The notes under the pieces: model-generated
What the model saw: the letters and a program-made list of their open reading frames with translations, nothing else
Told to the model about the DNA's origin: nothing
Database searches by the model: none
Position numbers and translations under genes: made by a program
Source of the DNA: Candidatus Micrarchaeota archaeon
GTDB taxonomy: Archaea > Micrarchaeota > Micrarchaeia > Norongarragalinales > Norongarragalinaceae
DNA: 42,124 bases
Reading direction: 5' to 3'
Assembly (NCBI GenBank): GCA_037444485.1
Contig: JBBIMI010000006.1
Location: forward strand, 1-42,124
Part shown: one piece after another, positions 1 to 9,852 of the stretch
Numbering within the stretch: the stretch's first letter is position 1
Layout of the letters: the number at the start of each line of letters is the position of its first letter

Positions 1-33
1 AGGCGGTAAAACTGGTTGCAGAGTCTTTGACGA

Positions 34-49
34 CCAGTAAATTTATTAA
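34..49 (+). promoter_or_regulatory. Putative BRE/TATA promoter of the first ORF
   Basis: CCAGTAAA followed by TTTATTAA, upstream of a GAGGTGA SD-like motif at 71-77. Confidence 0.45.
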
Positions 50-66
50 GTTGTTTTCTTCCAGTA

Positions 67-1395
67 TTGAGAGGTGATGCGTTTTTGGCGTGGCGGCGCG
101 ATTCCGGAAGGGCAACGAAACCAACGAAATTGCATGACGAGTTTGCAAATACTGTAGTCAACGAATTGTCCACCCCTAAATTGCGAGAGAGAAGGTTTAA
201 CGACGTGCATCTTTTTCTCGAGAACCTCGATTTTTCGAAAGGCGAGCTATCCGAAGGCGTTAAAGCGTTGAAGGATTTGAAAAAGTTTTCGGAGTTTCTG
301 GAAAAACCGATTTCCAAGGAAAGCAGGAAAGAGTACTGCGACTACGCGCAGAAAAAAACAAACATCTTCAATCTTTACAAGACGCTGTTTGCGCACTCGC
401 TGCAGTTGGCGCAAGGGCTGGCAGGCGCTAATGCAGAGATTAAAGATCCTAAAGTTGTAGGAAAAGCGAGGGAAATGACTGGGGGGTTCATTGAGAAGCT
501 GCAGCCAGTAGTCAAAGAATTTGATAATCCCCCAAAGACTTTAAAAGAAAAGATGGAGCGGATTCGCAGCATTATAGAAAAATTTACTAAGGCGGCCGGC
601 AGCATTTACGGAACTGCTGAAACTGCTGAATTTACTCGAGAAGCCAACGTGGCGCTTCAAGCAACTTTATACGAGCTTGATACGGACAAGCTCGAAAGGT
701 TTTTCGTGCTCAAGAATTATCTTAAACAATTAGAAGAAAAACTCAGTTCAGAAACCGAGGAAGACGAGCGTAGGATAGAACAATTAAAGGAGTCTTACGA
801 GCAGCAACTTAAAGATGCGAGTGGCCACGTCGTAAAGGTGGCGGGCGTTGCTGGAGTGAGCGGCGTTAAGCCTTTTGAGGAAAGAAAAATCACGCCTGTC
901 GACTTCAATTCTAAGGGCACGCTAGCATTGTTCACGCGTTTAATCCTATTGAAAAACCCTAAATTTAAGGAAAACCCTAAGTTAAAGCAACTCGCCAGCT
1001 TGGCGGAAAACTACGAGAAAATAGCTCCCACTCACAATGCCGACGAGAATACTCTCAAAGGCTATAAGAATTACGTCGAATGGTTAAGCGAAAAAACTGC
1101 GAGGTTCGTGAAGGGAAACGCTAACTCCATCCACGCTAAGGACTATAGTCACGTTTACTTTGTTCCAATGCATCCAAGTCAACACCCAGTTCCAGAAGAA
1201 ATCGCTGAAAGCATTCCAGAAGAAGAGCTAGCAATGAGCAAAGCGTATTACCTGATTCACGACAACAGAGACAAGCCTTATATTCTCGGGATTTACGCGG
1301 CTCAAATTACTAAAAAGCTGGTAACATACCCCGGGTTCAAGCATTTCCTCTTGACGAGAATGCTGGCGAGCATGGTGCGCGGAGCGCTCGCGTGA
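67..1395 (+). CDS. Hypothetical Lys/Glu-rich helical protein (start may be TTG at 85)
   Basis: 442-aa ORF; GAGGTGA precedes an in-frame TTG at 85; no family motif recognised. Confidence 0.75.
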   Translation: MRGDAFLAWRRDSGRATKPTKLHDEFANTVVNELSTPKLRERRFNDVHLFLENLDFSKGELSEGVKALKDLKKFSEFLEKPISKESRKEYCDYAQKKTNIFNLYKTLFAHSLQLAQGLAGANAEIKDPKVVGKAREMTGGFIEKLQPVVKEFDNPPKTLKEKMERIRSIIEKFTKAAGSIYGTAETAEFTREANVALQATLYELDTDKLERFFVLKNYLKQLEEKLSSETEEDERRIEQLKESYEQQLKDASGHVVKVAGVAGVSGVKPFEERKITPVDFNSKGTLALFTRLILLKNPKFKENPKLKQLASLAENYEKIAPTHNADENTLKGYKNYVEWLSEKTARFVKGNANSIHAKDYSHVYFVPMHPSQHPVPEEIAESIPEEELAMSKAYYLIHDNRDKPYILGIYAAQITKKLVTYPGFKHFLLTRMLASMVRGALA

Positions 1396-1518
1396 AAGAA
1401 AAAAAGAAAACTTTTTTTAATCAACTTTTTAGCAACGCGCGCATTCGCAGAACGCCAAGCTTGAGAACGCCAAGCTTAAATTGAATGCCAAGCATTAATC
1501 CTTGAAAGCAGTTTCAAA

Positions 1519-1605
1519 GCCAGGGTGGCAGAACCAGGTAATGCGCCAGCCTCGAGAGCTGGTTCTCTCTCCGAGAGAATGCGAGTTCGAATCTCGCCCC
1601 TGGCG
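1519..1605 (+). tRNA. tRNA-Ser(CGA)
   Basis: Acceptor GCCAGGG/CCCTGGC, anticodon arm CCAGC-CTCGAGA-GCTGG, long variable arm TTCTCTC..GAGAGAA, T-loop TTCGAAT, discriminator G. Confidence 0.95.
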
Positions 1606-1807
1606 CTCTCTTTTTCGCTCCAATTTTTGCGCGTTTTCCGCGCGTTCGGCGAATGGTATTTAAACTTATTTAGTCAAAATAATAGTGTCGAAATTGAGGC
1701 GTTTTTCGGTTGTTTTTACTCGTAAAAACCCACGCTTCGCGCGATTCGCTGGATTCGCTGAACCACAGGGTTTAGCAAAGAAACTGGGCAGGAAAGGTCG
1801 AGGAAAG

Positions 1808-2329
1808 TTGAGGGTTTTAGCGGTTCCCCGCAACAGGATTGCCGCCTTCAAGAGCGAGGTTTTAAAGCAGGCGGGCGAACGCGGAGGCGTTTCGCTTTCT
1901 CTGGACAAGGAAGCGGGAAGCGTTACCATAGAGTCAAAGAACGAGGATGGAGGAAGCGAGTGGATTGCCGAGCAAGTGCTGCGCGCGGTCGCGCTTGGCT
2001 TCGAGCCGAAGCACGCGTTCAAGCTCTTCAACGACGATTATTTTCTCGAGGAAGTAGACTTGAAGCAAGCGTTGGGAAAGGAAAAGGCGATAGAACGCCA
2101 GAAGGCGCGCATCATCGGAAGCGAAGGCAAGGTGAAGAAAACGATTGAATCGCTGTCAGGCGCTTTTCTCGCGATAGGCGGCGGTTCGATAGCGATTCTC
2201 GGAAGGTACGAGGATTTGAAGCTCGCGAAAGACGCGGTTTACCAGCTCCTGGAAGGCAAGCAAGTGTCGACGGTGTACGATTTTCTGGAGAAGTACGCGA
2301 AACTCGAGAAACAAAAACTATGGAAGTAA
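1808..2329 (+). CDS. KH-domain rRNA-processing protein (Dim2/Pno1/Krr1 family); ORF is open from 1685
   Basis: RAVALGFEP and KARIIGSEGK (GxxG) motifs; usual position upstream of top6B. Confidence 0.88.
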   Translation: MRVLAVPRNRIAAFKSEVLKQAGERGGVSLSLDKEAGSVTIESKNEDGGSEWIAEQVLRAVALGFEPKHAFKLFNDDYFLEEVDLKQALGKEKAIERQKARIIGSEGKVKKTIESLSGAFLAIGGGSIAILGRYEDLKLAKDAVYQLLEGKQVSTVYDFLEKYAKLEKQKLWK

Positions 2330-2447
2330 GCTTTTCTTTCTTGAAAGAAAGAAAACCTTGGAAAGAGAAAGAACCGTAAAAGAAAGAACCGCAAGAGAAA
2401 GAACCAATAGGAAAACCTTGGAAAAGAAAAATTTGATGGCGTTCATA

Positions 2448-5400
2448 ATGGCCGACTCAAAGGAAGACCCGAAGAAGCAAGCAAAAGAAGCCACGCACGC
2501 GCCTGCAGCTGCAGCCGCAGGCAAGAGCAAGGCCGTCGAGGAAAAAGCGTTGACCAGCGCGGACCTCGAGAAGGCGTTCAAAGAGTATTCGGTTGCCGAG
2601 TTCTTCAAACGCAACCGCCAAATGCTTGGGTATACGGGCAAAATCCGCAGCATGACTACAATCGTTCACGAGGCTGTCACGAACAGTGTTGCGTGGGACA
2701 CGCCAACCATAATTCGACACGCCGGGATGATAAGATTAATGCCAATCGGCGAGGTAATCGACAGGTTAATGGGCACGAGCGAGGTTGAAGAATCTTTCGA
2801 TGGGGAGATAGAATCCGTACGCGACTTCGAAAAGTTCGACGTTTTATGTTTCGACAAAAACTCGCTTTCACTAAAGTTTAAACAAGTAAAATCGGTGCAT
2901 AGGCATCCAGTCAAAAAAAGCGAAAAAATTTTGCGAATTAGCTTGGTCGGCGGGAGGAGCGTTGAAACCACGGTCCACCACAGCTTGTTTGTCTTGCGCG
3001 ATGGCGTTGTGACTCCAATAAAAGTGGGCGAGTTGCGTGTAGGCGATTACGTGCTCGTGCCGCGAAAGCCTTGGATTGGCGGAAACCCGGTTTTTGAAAT
3101 AAACTTGATTGAAGAAGCTTTGAAATTGCCCGATGAAGAATTGGGCGAGTTTAGCGTCTTCGGCGTCAAAAAGATATTGTATGGCGACGAGAAACTAAAG
3201 CAAAAAATAAAATTGTCTTTGGATTACCGCCAGAGGCACCACGATTTTTACGCGCAGTACATGAAGTGCGACCGGCTTCCTGTCCGCTTGCTGAAAGCGC
3301 TTTCGCCTGAGGAGCGAAAGATTTTTTATTCTTGCAATGTTGGCGTCAGATTCTGCAGGCACAAGCTTCCAGCGGTATTGCCGGTTACGAGTGACTTGAT
3401 GTATTTTCTAGGTTTGTACGCTGCTGGAGGTAATACGAGAAAGTCTCTGCACAGCGTTTCTTTGTCGTTTGGAACTCACGAAAAGAACGTAATAGAGTTT
3501 GCGGCGGATGTTGCCGAACGGGTTTTCGGTTTCAAGCCGCAGGTAGCGCCAGCTCACGAAAGCGCAATAAATGTAACGCTAGCAAGCGCGTCTACGGCAT
3601 TTTTCTTGACTAGAATACTCGGTTGCGGGAGCAAAGCGTTGGAAAAAAGAGTGCCTCCGATTGTTTTCAACGTTTTGCGGGAACACGCTTTTTGTTTCTT
3701 GCTGGGCTACTTGATTGGCGACGGATACCCTTCGCAGAAGCTGTTCGAAAGCGTGAAAACCGCTAAGTCGGTTAAAGGAAAGATTACCGCGTGCACTTCA
3801 AGCAACGAACTCGCTTTAGGTCTCGAGTACTTGCTGAGCGGGTTGGGGTATTCTTACAGTTTCCAGAAAGTAGAGAATGAAAAAAGAGTCGTCGCAGGCA
3901 AGCAAGCATCCTTCAAAGAAGCCAGCCGAATAGAATTTTATTTAGAACAAAAACAATCCCCCTTAAACCAGTATCCGCTGTCGATAGGTGTCGGGGACAT
4001 CAACGACTCCAGATTAAACTGGGCTGTTGAAAAACGCGGGCAAACAATGATTCAAATCCAGAAGCTCGCTGAACTCGCGGCAAGCAAAAGCCTGCGCGTG
4101 TCGGAAAACGCGGCGAAGTTTATCCAAGGCGGCCTCGGCTGTCTCCAAGTGACGGAAATCACGGAACGAACGCCGCGCAAAAACGAATTCGTTTATGACT
4201 ACTCCGTCGAAGGGGACGAAAATTTTGTTGGAGGCTACGGCGCAATATGCCTGCATAACAGTTTGGATGCCTGCGAAGACGCGAAAATCCTTCCCGAAAT
4301 CACGGTGGAAATCCAGGAACTGCCTGACGGGCACTTCAAGATCGCGGTTGAAGACAACGGAACCGGCGTGCCGAAGTCGAAAATCGGTCAAGCGTTCGGC
4401 AAGCTGCTTGCGGGAACGAAGTTTTCGCAGCGCATGCAGAAGCGCGGACAGCAGGGAATCGGCGTTTCCTACGCGACTCTCTTCGCTCAAATCACTACAG
4501 GCAAGCCCGCTCGCGTGAAGAGCAGCACGGGCGACGGGAACGTCGTCGAGTGCGACGTTAGCGTCGACGTCAAGAAGAACGAACCCGTCGTCGCAAACGC
4601 GAGGGAAACGCGCGGCAAGTTCCGCGGAACCCGCTTTGAAGCTGAATTCGCCGAAATAGATTACAACAGAAGCGAGTACAGCGCTTACGAGTACCTGCGC
4701 AGGACCGCCCTCGCGAATCCGCACGCGCAAATCACGCTCATCGAACCCAGCAAGGAAATCGTTGTTTTTCCGCGCGCGTCGAAAGACATTCCCAAGCGCG
4801 CGAAGCAAGTGTTGCCGCACCCGCTTGGAATCACGACCAGCGACTTGATGGACATGGCGAGCGTCACGCAAGCCCGCAAACTCTCGAGTTTCTTCACTAC
4901 GGAATTCGCGCGCTTCAGCAGCGACAAAGTCAACGAAATCAAGGCGCTGTGCCCCGGAATCGATTTCGAAAAGCATCCGAAGAACTTCCAGTGGCACGAG
5001 GCTGAAGCGTGCGTAAAGGCGTTTCAGAAGGTAAAGTGGATTGCGCCAGACACGAGCACTCTCGTGCCCATCGGCGCCGACCAGATTACCAAGTCCCTCA
5101 AAAACCTGCTGCAGCCCGAACAATTGAAAGTCGTAGAACGCAGGCCGAAGGTGTTCCGCGGCGGAATTCCGTTCAGCGTTGAAGCCGCAATCGCGTTCGG
5201 CGGCAAAGCAGGAGTGCACGGCGAGAACGGCTCAATAAAAGGCGAAGTCATGCGCTTCGCGAACCGCGTTCCCCTGTTGTTCGACGCAGGCAACTGCGCA
5301 ATTACTGAAGCGATCAAGTCAATCGATTGGGCGCGTTACGACTTGAAGGACTGGGAAAACATGCCGGTCTCGATTTTCGTCAACTTCGTGTCAGTCTACG

Positions 5401-5762
5401 TGCCTTACACTGGCGCGGGCAAGCTCGCAATCAGCGCTGAAGACGAAATCGTTGAAGAAATCCGTTTCGCGTTGATGGAGTGCGCGCGGGACATCGCGCA
5501 CTACATTCACGGACTCCAGCGCGCTGCAGAGCAAGAGGAACGCCGCCAGATTTTCGTGAGATACATTAAGGAAGTGGCGGAAGCAATTCACGACATTACA
5601 GGAAAAGAAAAAACGGTTCTCGTGAAAAAGCTTGAGGAAATCGCGAAAGAAAAGACTGCTCTCTTGGAGGCTGGCGAGAAGACTGAAGAAGAGGAAGAAG
5701 CTGAAAAGATTCTTGAAAAGCTCGAGGAAAGCGAAGAGAAAGGCTTTCGCGAAGAAAGATGA
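2448..5762 (+). CDS. top6B: DNA topoisomerase VI subunit B, intein-containing (alternative starts 2436/2358)
   Basis: SVAEFFKRNRQMLGY, HEAVTN|SLDA N-box, EDNGTG, RGQQGIG, RFANRVPL motifs. Confidence 0.96.
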   Translation: MADSKEDPKKQAKEATHAPAAAAAGKSKAVEEKALTSADLEKAFKEYSVAEFFKRNRQMLGYTGKIRSMTTIVHEAVTNSVAWDTPTIIRHAGMIRLMPIGEVIDRLMGTSEVEESFDGEIESVRDFEKFDVLCFDKNSLSLKFKQVKSVHRHPVKKSEKILRISLVGGRSVETTVHHSLFVLRDGVVTPIKVGELRVGDYVLVPRKPWIGGNPVFEINLIEEALKLPDEELGEFSVFGVKKILYGDEKLKQKIKLSLDYRQRHHDFYAQYMKCDRLPVRLLKALSPEERKIFYSCNVGVRFCRHKLPAVLPVTSDLMYFLGLYAAGGNTRKSLHSVSLSFGTHEKNVIEFAADVAERVFGFKPQVAPAHESAINVTLASASTAFFLTRILGCGSKALEKRVPPIVFNVLREHAFCFLLGYLIGDGYPSQKLFESVKTAKSVKGKITACTSSNELALGLEYLLSGLGYSYSFQKVENEKRVVAGKQASFKEASRIEFYLEQKQSPLNQYPLSIGVGDINDSRLNWAVEKRGQTMIQIQKLAELAASKSLRVSENAAKFIQGGLGCLQVTEITERTPRKNEFVYDYSVEGDENFVGGYGAICLHNSLDACEDAKILPEITVEIQELPDGHFKIAVEDNGTGVPKSKIGQAFGKLLAGTKFSQRMQKRGQQGIGVSYATLFAQITTGKPARVKSSTGDGNVVECDVSVDVKKNEPVVANARETRGKFRGTRFEAEFAEIDYNRSEYSAYEYLRRTALANPHAQITLIEPSKEIVVFPRASKDIPKRAKQVLPHPLGITTSDLMDMASVTQARKLSSFFTTEFARFSSDKVNEIKALCPGIDFEKHPKNFQWHEAEACVKAFQKVKWIAPDTSTLVPIGADQITKSLKNLLQPEQLKVVERRPKVFRGGIPFSVEAAIAFGGKAGVHGENGSIKGEVMRFANRVPLLFDAGNCAITEAIKSIDWARYDLKDWENMPVSIFVNFVSVYVPYTGAGKLAISAEDEIVEEIRFALMECARDIAHYIHGLQRAAEQEERRQIFVRYIKEVAEAIHDITGKEKTVLVKKLEEIAKEKTALLEAGEKTEEEEEAEKILEKLEESEEKGFREER
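2685..4259 (+). mobile_element. Intein (525 aa) with LAGLIDADG homing endonuclease domain in Top6B
   Basis: Starts S-VAWDTP; block B VETTVHHSLF; endonuclease motifs FLGLYAAGG and LLGYLIGDG; block F/G VYDYSVEGDENF...CLHN followed by Ser; removal restores EAVTN-SLDA. Confidence 0.95.
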
Positions 5763-5809
5763 AAGCAAAAAAGATTATGAAAGCAAAAAAGATTAAACGC
5801 TGAAGGCGG

Positions 5810-6967
5810 TTGAGAATGAGCGAGAAAAAAGAAAAAGAAGAAAAGAAAGAGTCTTTTGAAGAGAAAAGCAGGGCGGGACGCGAGGAAGTAATCAAGCGCA
5901 TAGAACGCTTGGGTGAAAAGCTCGTGAAGGAAATCGAGAACAAGGAAAACCCGCACATCGATATCCCGATTCGCGGTTCGAGCAACGTGTTTTACGACGA
6001 GAAAGGAAAGAAAATCGTTTTAGGCGACAAAGTCGCAAAACGCTTTCTTTTCAACGTCGCGCACGCGCGGCGTTTCATGCAAACCCTCCTGGTCGCGAGT
6101 TACGTAAAGAAAGACTTGCTTGAAAACAACTTGACGGCGACGCTCCGCGATCTTTACTACGCGAAAAAGCACACTATCGCTGGCACGAAGGAGAACACGA
6201 TTGACGAGCAAAAGGAAAGCGATTCCGCAATCGTTGATTTCGAAGTCGCGCTCGACACTTTCCGCGAGCGCTTGCACTTGCGCGCCGAACCGAAAGGCCG
6301 CATGGCCGGCGACATCGTGGTCCGCGACCGCGTGCGCGACAAGGTTGACACGATTGACTTGAGTAAAATGGGTAGCGGCGGTTGGGCTGTGCCGAGCATC
6401 GTCGAACAAATCGAGTTCAAGGACGTTAGCGTAGAGTACGTGCTCGTCGCGGAAAAAAACGCGATTTTCGACCGCTTGAATGAAGACGGGTATTGGAAGA
6501 AAAACAAGTGCTTGCTGATGACTACGGCGGGCCAAGCCGCGCGTGGAGCGCGGCGCTTGCTGCAGCGTTTAAGCGAGGAACTCAAGCTTCCAATATATTG
6601 CTTGACGGACAGCGACCCGTACGGGTGGTACATTTACTCGACTATGAAGTACGGTTCCATGGCTCTCGCGCACGAGAGCGACCGCTTAGGTTGCCCTGCA
6701 CTAAAGTTTTTGGGAATGAGCACTAGCGACATCGAGCACTACGACTTGCGGAACGTCACGATTAAAGCGAAGGAAGTCGACGTCAAGCGCGCGATGGAGT
6801 TAAAGGAATACGACTGGTTTAAGTCGAAGGAATGGCAGCGGGAAATCAACTTGTTTCTCGAAAAACGAGTTAAAGCCGAAATTCAAGCGTTAAGCAGCAA
6901 GAGCCTGCAATACATTTCCAACGTTTACCTTCCCGAAAAAATCAAGAATCAAGACTTCCTGCCATGA
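5810..6967 (+). CDS. top6A: DNA topoisomerase VI subunit A
   Basis: TLRDLYY catalytic Tyr region, AEK and TDSDPYG TOPRIM motifs; adjacent to top6B. Confidence 0.96.
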   Translation: MRMSEKKEKEEKKESFEEKSRAGREEVIKRIERLGEKLVKEIENKENPHIDIPIRGSSNVFYDEKGKKIVLGDKVAKRFLFNVAHARRFMQTLLVASYVKKDLLENNLTATLRDLYYAKKHTIAGTKENTIDEQKESDSAIVDFEVALDTFRERLHLRAEPKGRMAGDIVVRDRVRDKVDTIDLSKMGSGGWAVPSIVEQIEFKDVSVEYVLVAEKNAIFDRLNEDGYWKKNKCLLMTTAGQAARGARRLLQRLSEELKLPIYCLTDSDPYGWYIYSTMKYGSMALAHESDRLGCPALKFLGMSTSDIEHYDLRNVTIKAKEVDVKRAMELKEYDWFKSKEWQREINLFLEKRVKAEIQALSSKSLQYISNVYLPEKIKNQDFLP

Positions 6968-6986
6968 TTTTTGATTGGAGGAAAAA

Positions 6987-7094
6987 GTGTTTCCAGAAAT
7001 AAAAAAGTTTTTTTCCAACAAGCCCGGACACAAGGTTCGAATGATTACTGTTGAGGAATTCATGGCGTTCAAGACTCCGCCAGGCCACGCGTGA
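6987..7094 (+). CDS. Putative 35-aa small protein MFPEIKKFFSNKPGHKVRMITVEEFMAFKTPPGHA
   Basis: GGAGG SD then AAAAA before GTG; 19 nt after the top6A stop; below the ORF-track cutoff. Confidence 0.45.
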   Translation: MFPEIKKFFSNKPGHKVRMITVEEFMAFKTPPGHA

Positions 7095-7237
7095 TTACAT
7101 ACTCTACACAAGCATGATTACACACTCTACACAAAAAAACTTACACAAAAAACGCACTCTACACAAAAAAACGCACTCTACACAAAAAAAACACTTACAC
7201 AAAAAAACACTTACACAAAAAGTTTTTGTTTGTGTAA
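7095..7237. repeat. Degenerate tandem repeat (CAC/CT)TACACAAAAAA ending in an inverted copy (TTTGTGTAA)
   Basis: About 7 TACACAA units read directly. Confidence 0.8.
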
Positions 7238-7271
7238 AGGTTTTTATTGAGTTCCTTTATTCTAAAACAGT

Positions 7272-7742
7272 ATGGCGCTCGCGCAAATGAGTTTGTGGTT
7301 GTTTCTACTCGTTGCAGCCGCAGGCATTCTCGCGTCAATGATCGCGTTTCCGCGAAGAAAAAAGCGTGTCGACGTCAAGCAGTTCGCCGCGCTCGGCTTG
7401 TTTCTAGCGTTGTTCGACTTCGTAGTTGAAACAGCCGGCGGCCTCCTAGGGTTTTGGAGTTCGAGCGGCAGCATTCTCGCGCTGGGCTTCGTGCCAATAG
7501 AAGTTTTCTTTATTGCTTTCGCGGCTGGCGTGGCTTACAGAATCGTGTTTTCGCCCAGGTTTTCGCTCGCGTTCGGCATCGCTTCAAGTTTGCTCATCGC
7601 AGTGGTTGGGGTTGGAATAGAAAGCGTGCTGCTTGGCGAGGGCTTGCTGCATTACGCGAATGGTTGGACTAGTTGGCACGCGCTTGCTGCTTACTTCGCC
7701 ACTTTCCTGGTAATGCACGCGGTTAATTCGCAAGTTCAATAA
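7272..7742 (+). CDS. Hypothetical integral membrane protein
   Basis: 156 aa with about 5 hydrophobic segments. Confidence 0.8.
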   Translation: MALAQMSLWLFLLVAAAGILASMIAFPRRKKRVDVKQFAALGLFLALFDFVVETAGGLLGFWSSSGSILALGFVPIEVFFIAFAAGVAYRIVFSPRFSLAFGIASSLLIAVVGVGIESVLLGEGLLHYANGWTSWHALAAYFATFLVMHAVNSQVQ

Positions 7743-7847
7743 AATCATAATCTGGCGGAAGCAACTCGATTAATATTTCTTGGCTGTCTTAATCGACTGT
7801 CTTAATCGCATTATTTCGGGGCTCGACAACGCAACCATGCAAGTACA

Positions 7848-7863
7848 CCGAAAAATTTATAAA
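7848..7863 (+). promoter_or_regulatory. BRE-TATA promoter of the RNA polymerase operon
   Basis: CCGAAAAA-TTTATAAA fits the archaeal consensus, ~110 nt upstream of rpoH. Confidence 0.65.
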
Positions 7864-7973
7864 GCTTTTTAAACCAAAATTATGGGTTGAAAAAAAGCGT
7901 TGAAGGGAAAGCGTTGAAGGCGAGCGTACGCTAACCGAATTCTTGATTGTTCCAGCGCTGGGATTGGTTTTCC

Positions 7974-8213
7974 ATGGAAGAGGGTTTCAGCCACTTTCTT
8001 GTCCCGAAAGCGAGTATCGTCACAGAGAAAGAGTTAAAAGAATTGCTTGAAAAGCATTCGATTACTGTCGACTCGCTTCCCCTAATTAAAGCGAGTGATC
8101 CGCAAGCGATTTCTTTGAATGCGACTGCAGGCGCTGTAATCAAGTTCGAGCGAAAGATCCACGTTGCTGGCAGCGAAAAAATCGAGATTTATCACCGCCG
8201 CGTTGTCGACTGA
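7974..8213 (+). CDS. rpoH: DNA-directed RNA polymerase subunit H (Rpo5)
   Basis: HFLVPK...LPLIKASDP...IYHRRVV; first gene of the rpo cluster. Confidence 0.93.
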   Translation: MEEGFSHFLVPKASIVTEKELKELLEKHSITVDSLPLIKASDPQAISLNATAGAVIKFERKIHVAGSEKIEIYHRRVVD

Positions 8214-8314
8214 ATCAATTGAAAAAAAATTTTTAGGTTCCAGCATGCGATGCGCGCGCCCTTTCAACACCTTCAAGTTTTTTTCTTTTCACAGGGGAGA
8301 GTGTTTCAAGAACC

Positions 8315-9781
8315 TTGGCTTTCGAAGAATTGACTGCAGAGTACTTGCACGCAAACAACCCAGTCAAACAGTTGATCGAGTCTTACGACAAGTTCGTCGA
8401 CTCGCAAATGCAGGGAATCGTCGACGCGCAGGCCACCATCGAGCCTCAAATTGAAGGCGTTTCAATAAAGCTCGGTAAAGTGCGCGTTGAAAAACCCATG
8501 GTAACCGAAGCCGACGGAACGCGGCGCGTGCTTTACCCCATGGAAGCGCGAATGCGTGACTTGACTTACTCTGCACCAGTTTTTCTTGAAATGACTCAAG
8601 TCGTGAATGGGGTGGAGAAAAAGACGGAAGACGTTTTCATAGGCGACCTTCCCGTCATGCTGAAGTCAAAGCTTTGCTACTTGCGCGGCAAAAACAAGCA
8701 AGAGCTTGTCGCGTTAGGCGAAGACCCGCTCGACTTCGGCGGTTACTTCATAATCAACGGAATTGAAAAAAGCTTGATGACGCTTGAAGACCTCGCACCC
8801 AACCGCGTTTTCGTCTCGCGCGAGAAAGACAAAGACTTGATTCAAGCGAAAGTCTTCTCAACTCGCGGCGGCTTCCGCGGGCGTTGCACTGTCGACCGCA
8901 ACAAGGAAGGACGGCTGAGCGTCACCCTGCCTTCATACAACAAGTCGCTGGAATTGATTCTCGTGCTTCACGCGCTTGGCTTGGACAAAGAGGAAAAGAT
9001 TTTCGAGTCTTTTTCAGACGCGCCTGAAATCAAGAACGACTTGCTGTTAAACTTTGAACTCACTGTTTCTCGCAACCGGAAGGAAGCGCTGCAGATTATA
9101 GGCAAGCGTGCTGCCCCAGGGCAACCAGAAGAATATCAAGTTAAACGCGCGGAGTTATTGCTTGACCGCTACTTGCTGCCACACATTGGAGTTGATGAGT
9201 CCAGCCGCTTGCCGAAAGCGTTTTTCTTGTGCCGAATGGCCGAACACGCGATTCTAGTTGCAAACAAAAAACGCGTTGTCGAAGACAAAGACCATTACTC
9301 AAACAAGCGCGTGAAAATCGCGGGCAAACTCATGGAAGAACTCTTTCGCTACGCGTTCCAATTCCTCGTGAAAGACGTTGCTTACCAAATGGAGCGCGCG
9401 AACGTGCGCGGCCGCCGCATGAGCTTGTTTGCAATCGTGCGTCCGGACGCGCTTACAGAACGCATTAAGTACGCGATGGCAACCGGCAACTGGGTTGGCG
9501 GACACACCGGCGTTTGCCAACCGATTGACAGGTACAACTATATTTCTGCGGTTTCCTACCTCAAGCGCGTCGTGTCGCCGCTCGCGAAAAAACACCCGCA
9601 TTACAAAGCGCGCGACTTGAGTGGCACCCACTGGGGTCGGCTTGACCCAAACGAAACCCCAGAAGGCCCGAATTGCGGCTTGATTAAAAACTTTGCGTTA
9701 TTCTGCGAAGTGACTACTGGAGTTGAAGAAAAAAAAATCGAGAACGTCATGCGCAAGCTCGGCGTTTCAATGAAATTATGA
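8315..9781 (+). CDS. rpoB2: DNA-directed RNA polymerase subunit B'' (Rpo2N)
   Basis: PMEARMRDLTYSAP, GGYFIING, DKDHYSNKR, ETPEGPNCGL motifs. Confidence 0.96.
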   Translation: MAFEELTAEYLHANNPVKQLIESYDKFVDSQMQGIVDAQATIEPQIEGVSIKLGKVRVEKPMVTEADGTRRVLYPMEARMRDLTYSAPVFLEMTQVVNGVEKKTEDVFIGDLPVMLKSKLCYLRGKNKQELVALGEDPLDFGGYFIINGIEKSLMTLEDLAPNRVFVSREKDKDLIQAKVFSTRGGFRGRCTVDRNKEGRLSVTLPSYNKSLELILVLHALGLDKEEKIFESFSDAPEIKNDLLLNFELTVSRNRKEALQIIGKRAAPGQPEEYQVKRAELLLDRYLLPHIGVDESSRLPKAFFLCRMAEHAILVANKKRVVEDKDHYSNKRVKIAGKLMEELFRYAFQFLVKDVAYQMERANVRGRRMSLFAIVRPDALTERIKYAMATGNWVGGHTGVCQPIDRYNYISAVSYLKRVVSPLAKKHPHYKARDLSGTHWGRLDPNETPEGPNCGLIKNFALFCEVTTGVEEKKIENVMRKLGVSMKL

Positions 9782-9852
9782 AACTTTGGAAAAGAAAGAA
9801 CCGAATAGGAAAAAGAGAAAACCTTTTGAAAAAAAGATTGAAGGCAGGTTGA

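Noticed and set aside
67..1605. Integrated element at tRNA-Ser
   Set aside because: No integrase and no duplicated tRNA 3' end within the window
1525..1725. 66-aa ORF
   Set aside because: Overlaps tRNA-Ser
2358..2447. N-terminal extension of Top6B (MERERTVKERTARER)
   Set aside because: Derives from purine-rich spacer repeats; ATG 2436 or 2448 is more plausible
4014..5219. 401-aa antisense ORF
   Set aside because: Shadow of top6B codon bias; no motifs
7095..7237. Possible CRISPR array
   Set aside because: Units are short, degenerate and contiguous, with no unique spacers and no cas genes
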